A stretch of DNA of 63,071 nt, filler included, from Platydemus manokwari (Eukaryota), in assembly GCA_037951405.1 (NCBI GenBank). It is 6 parts of 6 records of this genome, joined end to end, with 100 filler letters (N's around TTAATTAATTAA, not from the genome) between each part and the next. Parts side by side here need not be neighbours in the genome. Positions count along the whole stretch, not along the records: positions 53,220 to 63,071 come from JBBMOY011196876.1; 5 more parts are not named here. One strand, given 5' to 3'. Below, in pieces: positions 62,309 to 63,071 of this stretch. A program made the position numbers and the translations under genes. The notes beneath the pieces are model-generated. The model was not told the origin of the DNA and ran no database searches. It saw nothing but the letters and a program-made list of their open reading frames with translations. Each line of letters opens with the position of its first letter. Position 1 is the stretch's first letter.

Positions 62309-63071
62309 TTATTGGTCTGGAGGCTTGTTGTCCGGCTTTAATTTGGCTCTTGCTTGTTCCAAATCTGCATTACTGATATCGAGACATAATTCATCTGAGT
62401 CGTCTTCACATGTATATAGGATGGCTGTAATGTGCCATCTCTTATTTTTGACGATTATAGTTCGCAGAGTTGTCGGTGGCAAATAGGGTGCCTTTTCCCC
62501 TCTTAGCTGTGGGATATCAGTGTTGATATCAGTGCTTATTGGTTCGAGTTGAGCTCTTGTAAGTGGGGTTGCCCCATACTTGTTCCTTTTCGACATGGGT
62601 TCTGAATTTCCTACTTCTATTTCAACTTCCACTACTCCGGCGTCCAAATCGATGGATTCGTAGTTTGATATTAGCTGAGTGGTGTTGACTGCTGGTATCC
62701 ATTGTGCTTTTATAATGTTGTGGATCTCCTTTATTTGTTCCACTTGGTTGTTGGTTTCTAACTCGTGGACTTTCTTTAATGGGTTCGTCAGTAGTTTTTG
62801 TGCCACTCTTTTAAGTTTATATGGTCTTTTATCATAGACTTTGTACTTGGTTAATAGTTCCTCCGTTGATAGATCCTTTATTCCCATAATACGGTATGTA
62901 GGAAATGCTAAAGCTTTTATTATATCAGCCACTTGAAAGCCTATTAAGACTTTTTGATCGATTATTTCCGATCTTTTCTGTAGTGTCTGACATAGTTTCT
63001 GGGAGTTATTAATGAATTAATTAATAGTTGCCCGTTTCGATTGAGAATTGATATTGAGCAAATAGTAGTTA
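62309..63071 (-). pseudogene. Upstream paralogous DEDDh exonuclease-like accessory ORF, 5'-truncated by the window and frameshifted
   Basis: From 63069 it reads TTICSISILNRNGQLLINSLITPRNYVRHYRK, then a frameshifting deletion at ~62972, then SEIIDQKVLIGFQVADIIKALAFPTYRIMGIKDLS...PYKLKRVAQKLL...LPPTTLRTIIVKNKRWHITAI. It is collinear with the downstream ORF. Confidence 0.78.

Larger units (their letters stand above)
59146..63071 (-). mobile_element. 3' portion of a Ty3/gypsy-type LTR retrotransposon with two accessory exonuclease-like ORFs (element continues beyond the window)
   Basis: On the minus strand the ORFs are followed by TTTCTCGGGACGAGAAAACTTTAAGGGGGGCATA (gypsy-type pre-PPT motif plus PPT), then directly by a TGTTGGG...CCCAACA LTR. 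gag/pol is not in the window. Confidence 0.85.

Overview
This is very AT-rich eukaryotic (metazoan) genomic DNA, not prokaryotic. The GT-AG introns of about 50-80 nt, ATT microsatellites and TE content suggest a planarian-like flatworm, but that assignment is inference. The window consists of six ~9-12 kb contigs joined by identical 100-nt N/TTAATTAATTAA/N linkers, so adjacency across linkers is unverified. Genes reconstructed by hand: (1) a complete 8-exon, 1688-aa secreted astacin metalloprotease with 30 tandem ShKT domains and almost no pro-domain (minus, 2631-10924); (2) the last two exons of ribokinase (minus); (3) six 3' exons of an AMBRA1/DCAF3 orthologue (plus); (4) three 3' exons of an unidentified tail-anchored protein (plus). 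The rest is largely transposon debris (hAT/Buster, Ac-like hAT, mariner, Tc1-like, MITEs, gypsy fragments). The most unusual element is the 3' end of a Ty3/gypsy-type LTR element (59146-63071, minus). Just upstream of its PPT and 1.19-kb LTR it carries two tandem, paralogous, decayed accessory ORFs. Both are built on a REX1/REX4/ISG20-like DEDDh exonuclease fold whose catalytic residues look substituted, and the downstream ORF is preceded by a splice-acceptor-like site.
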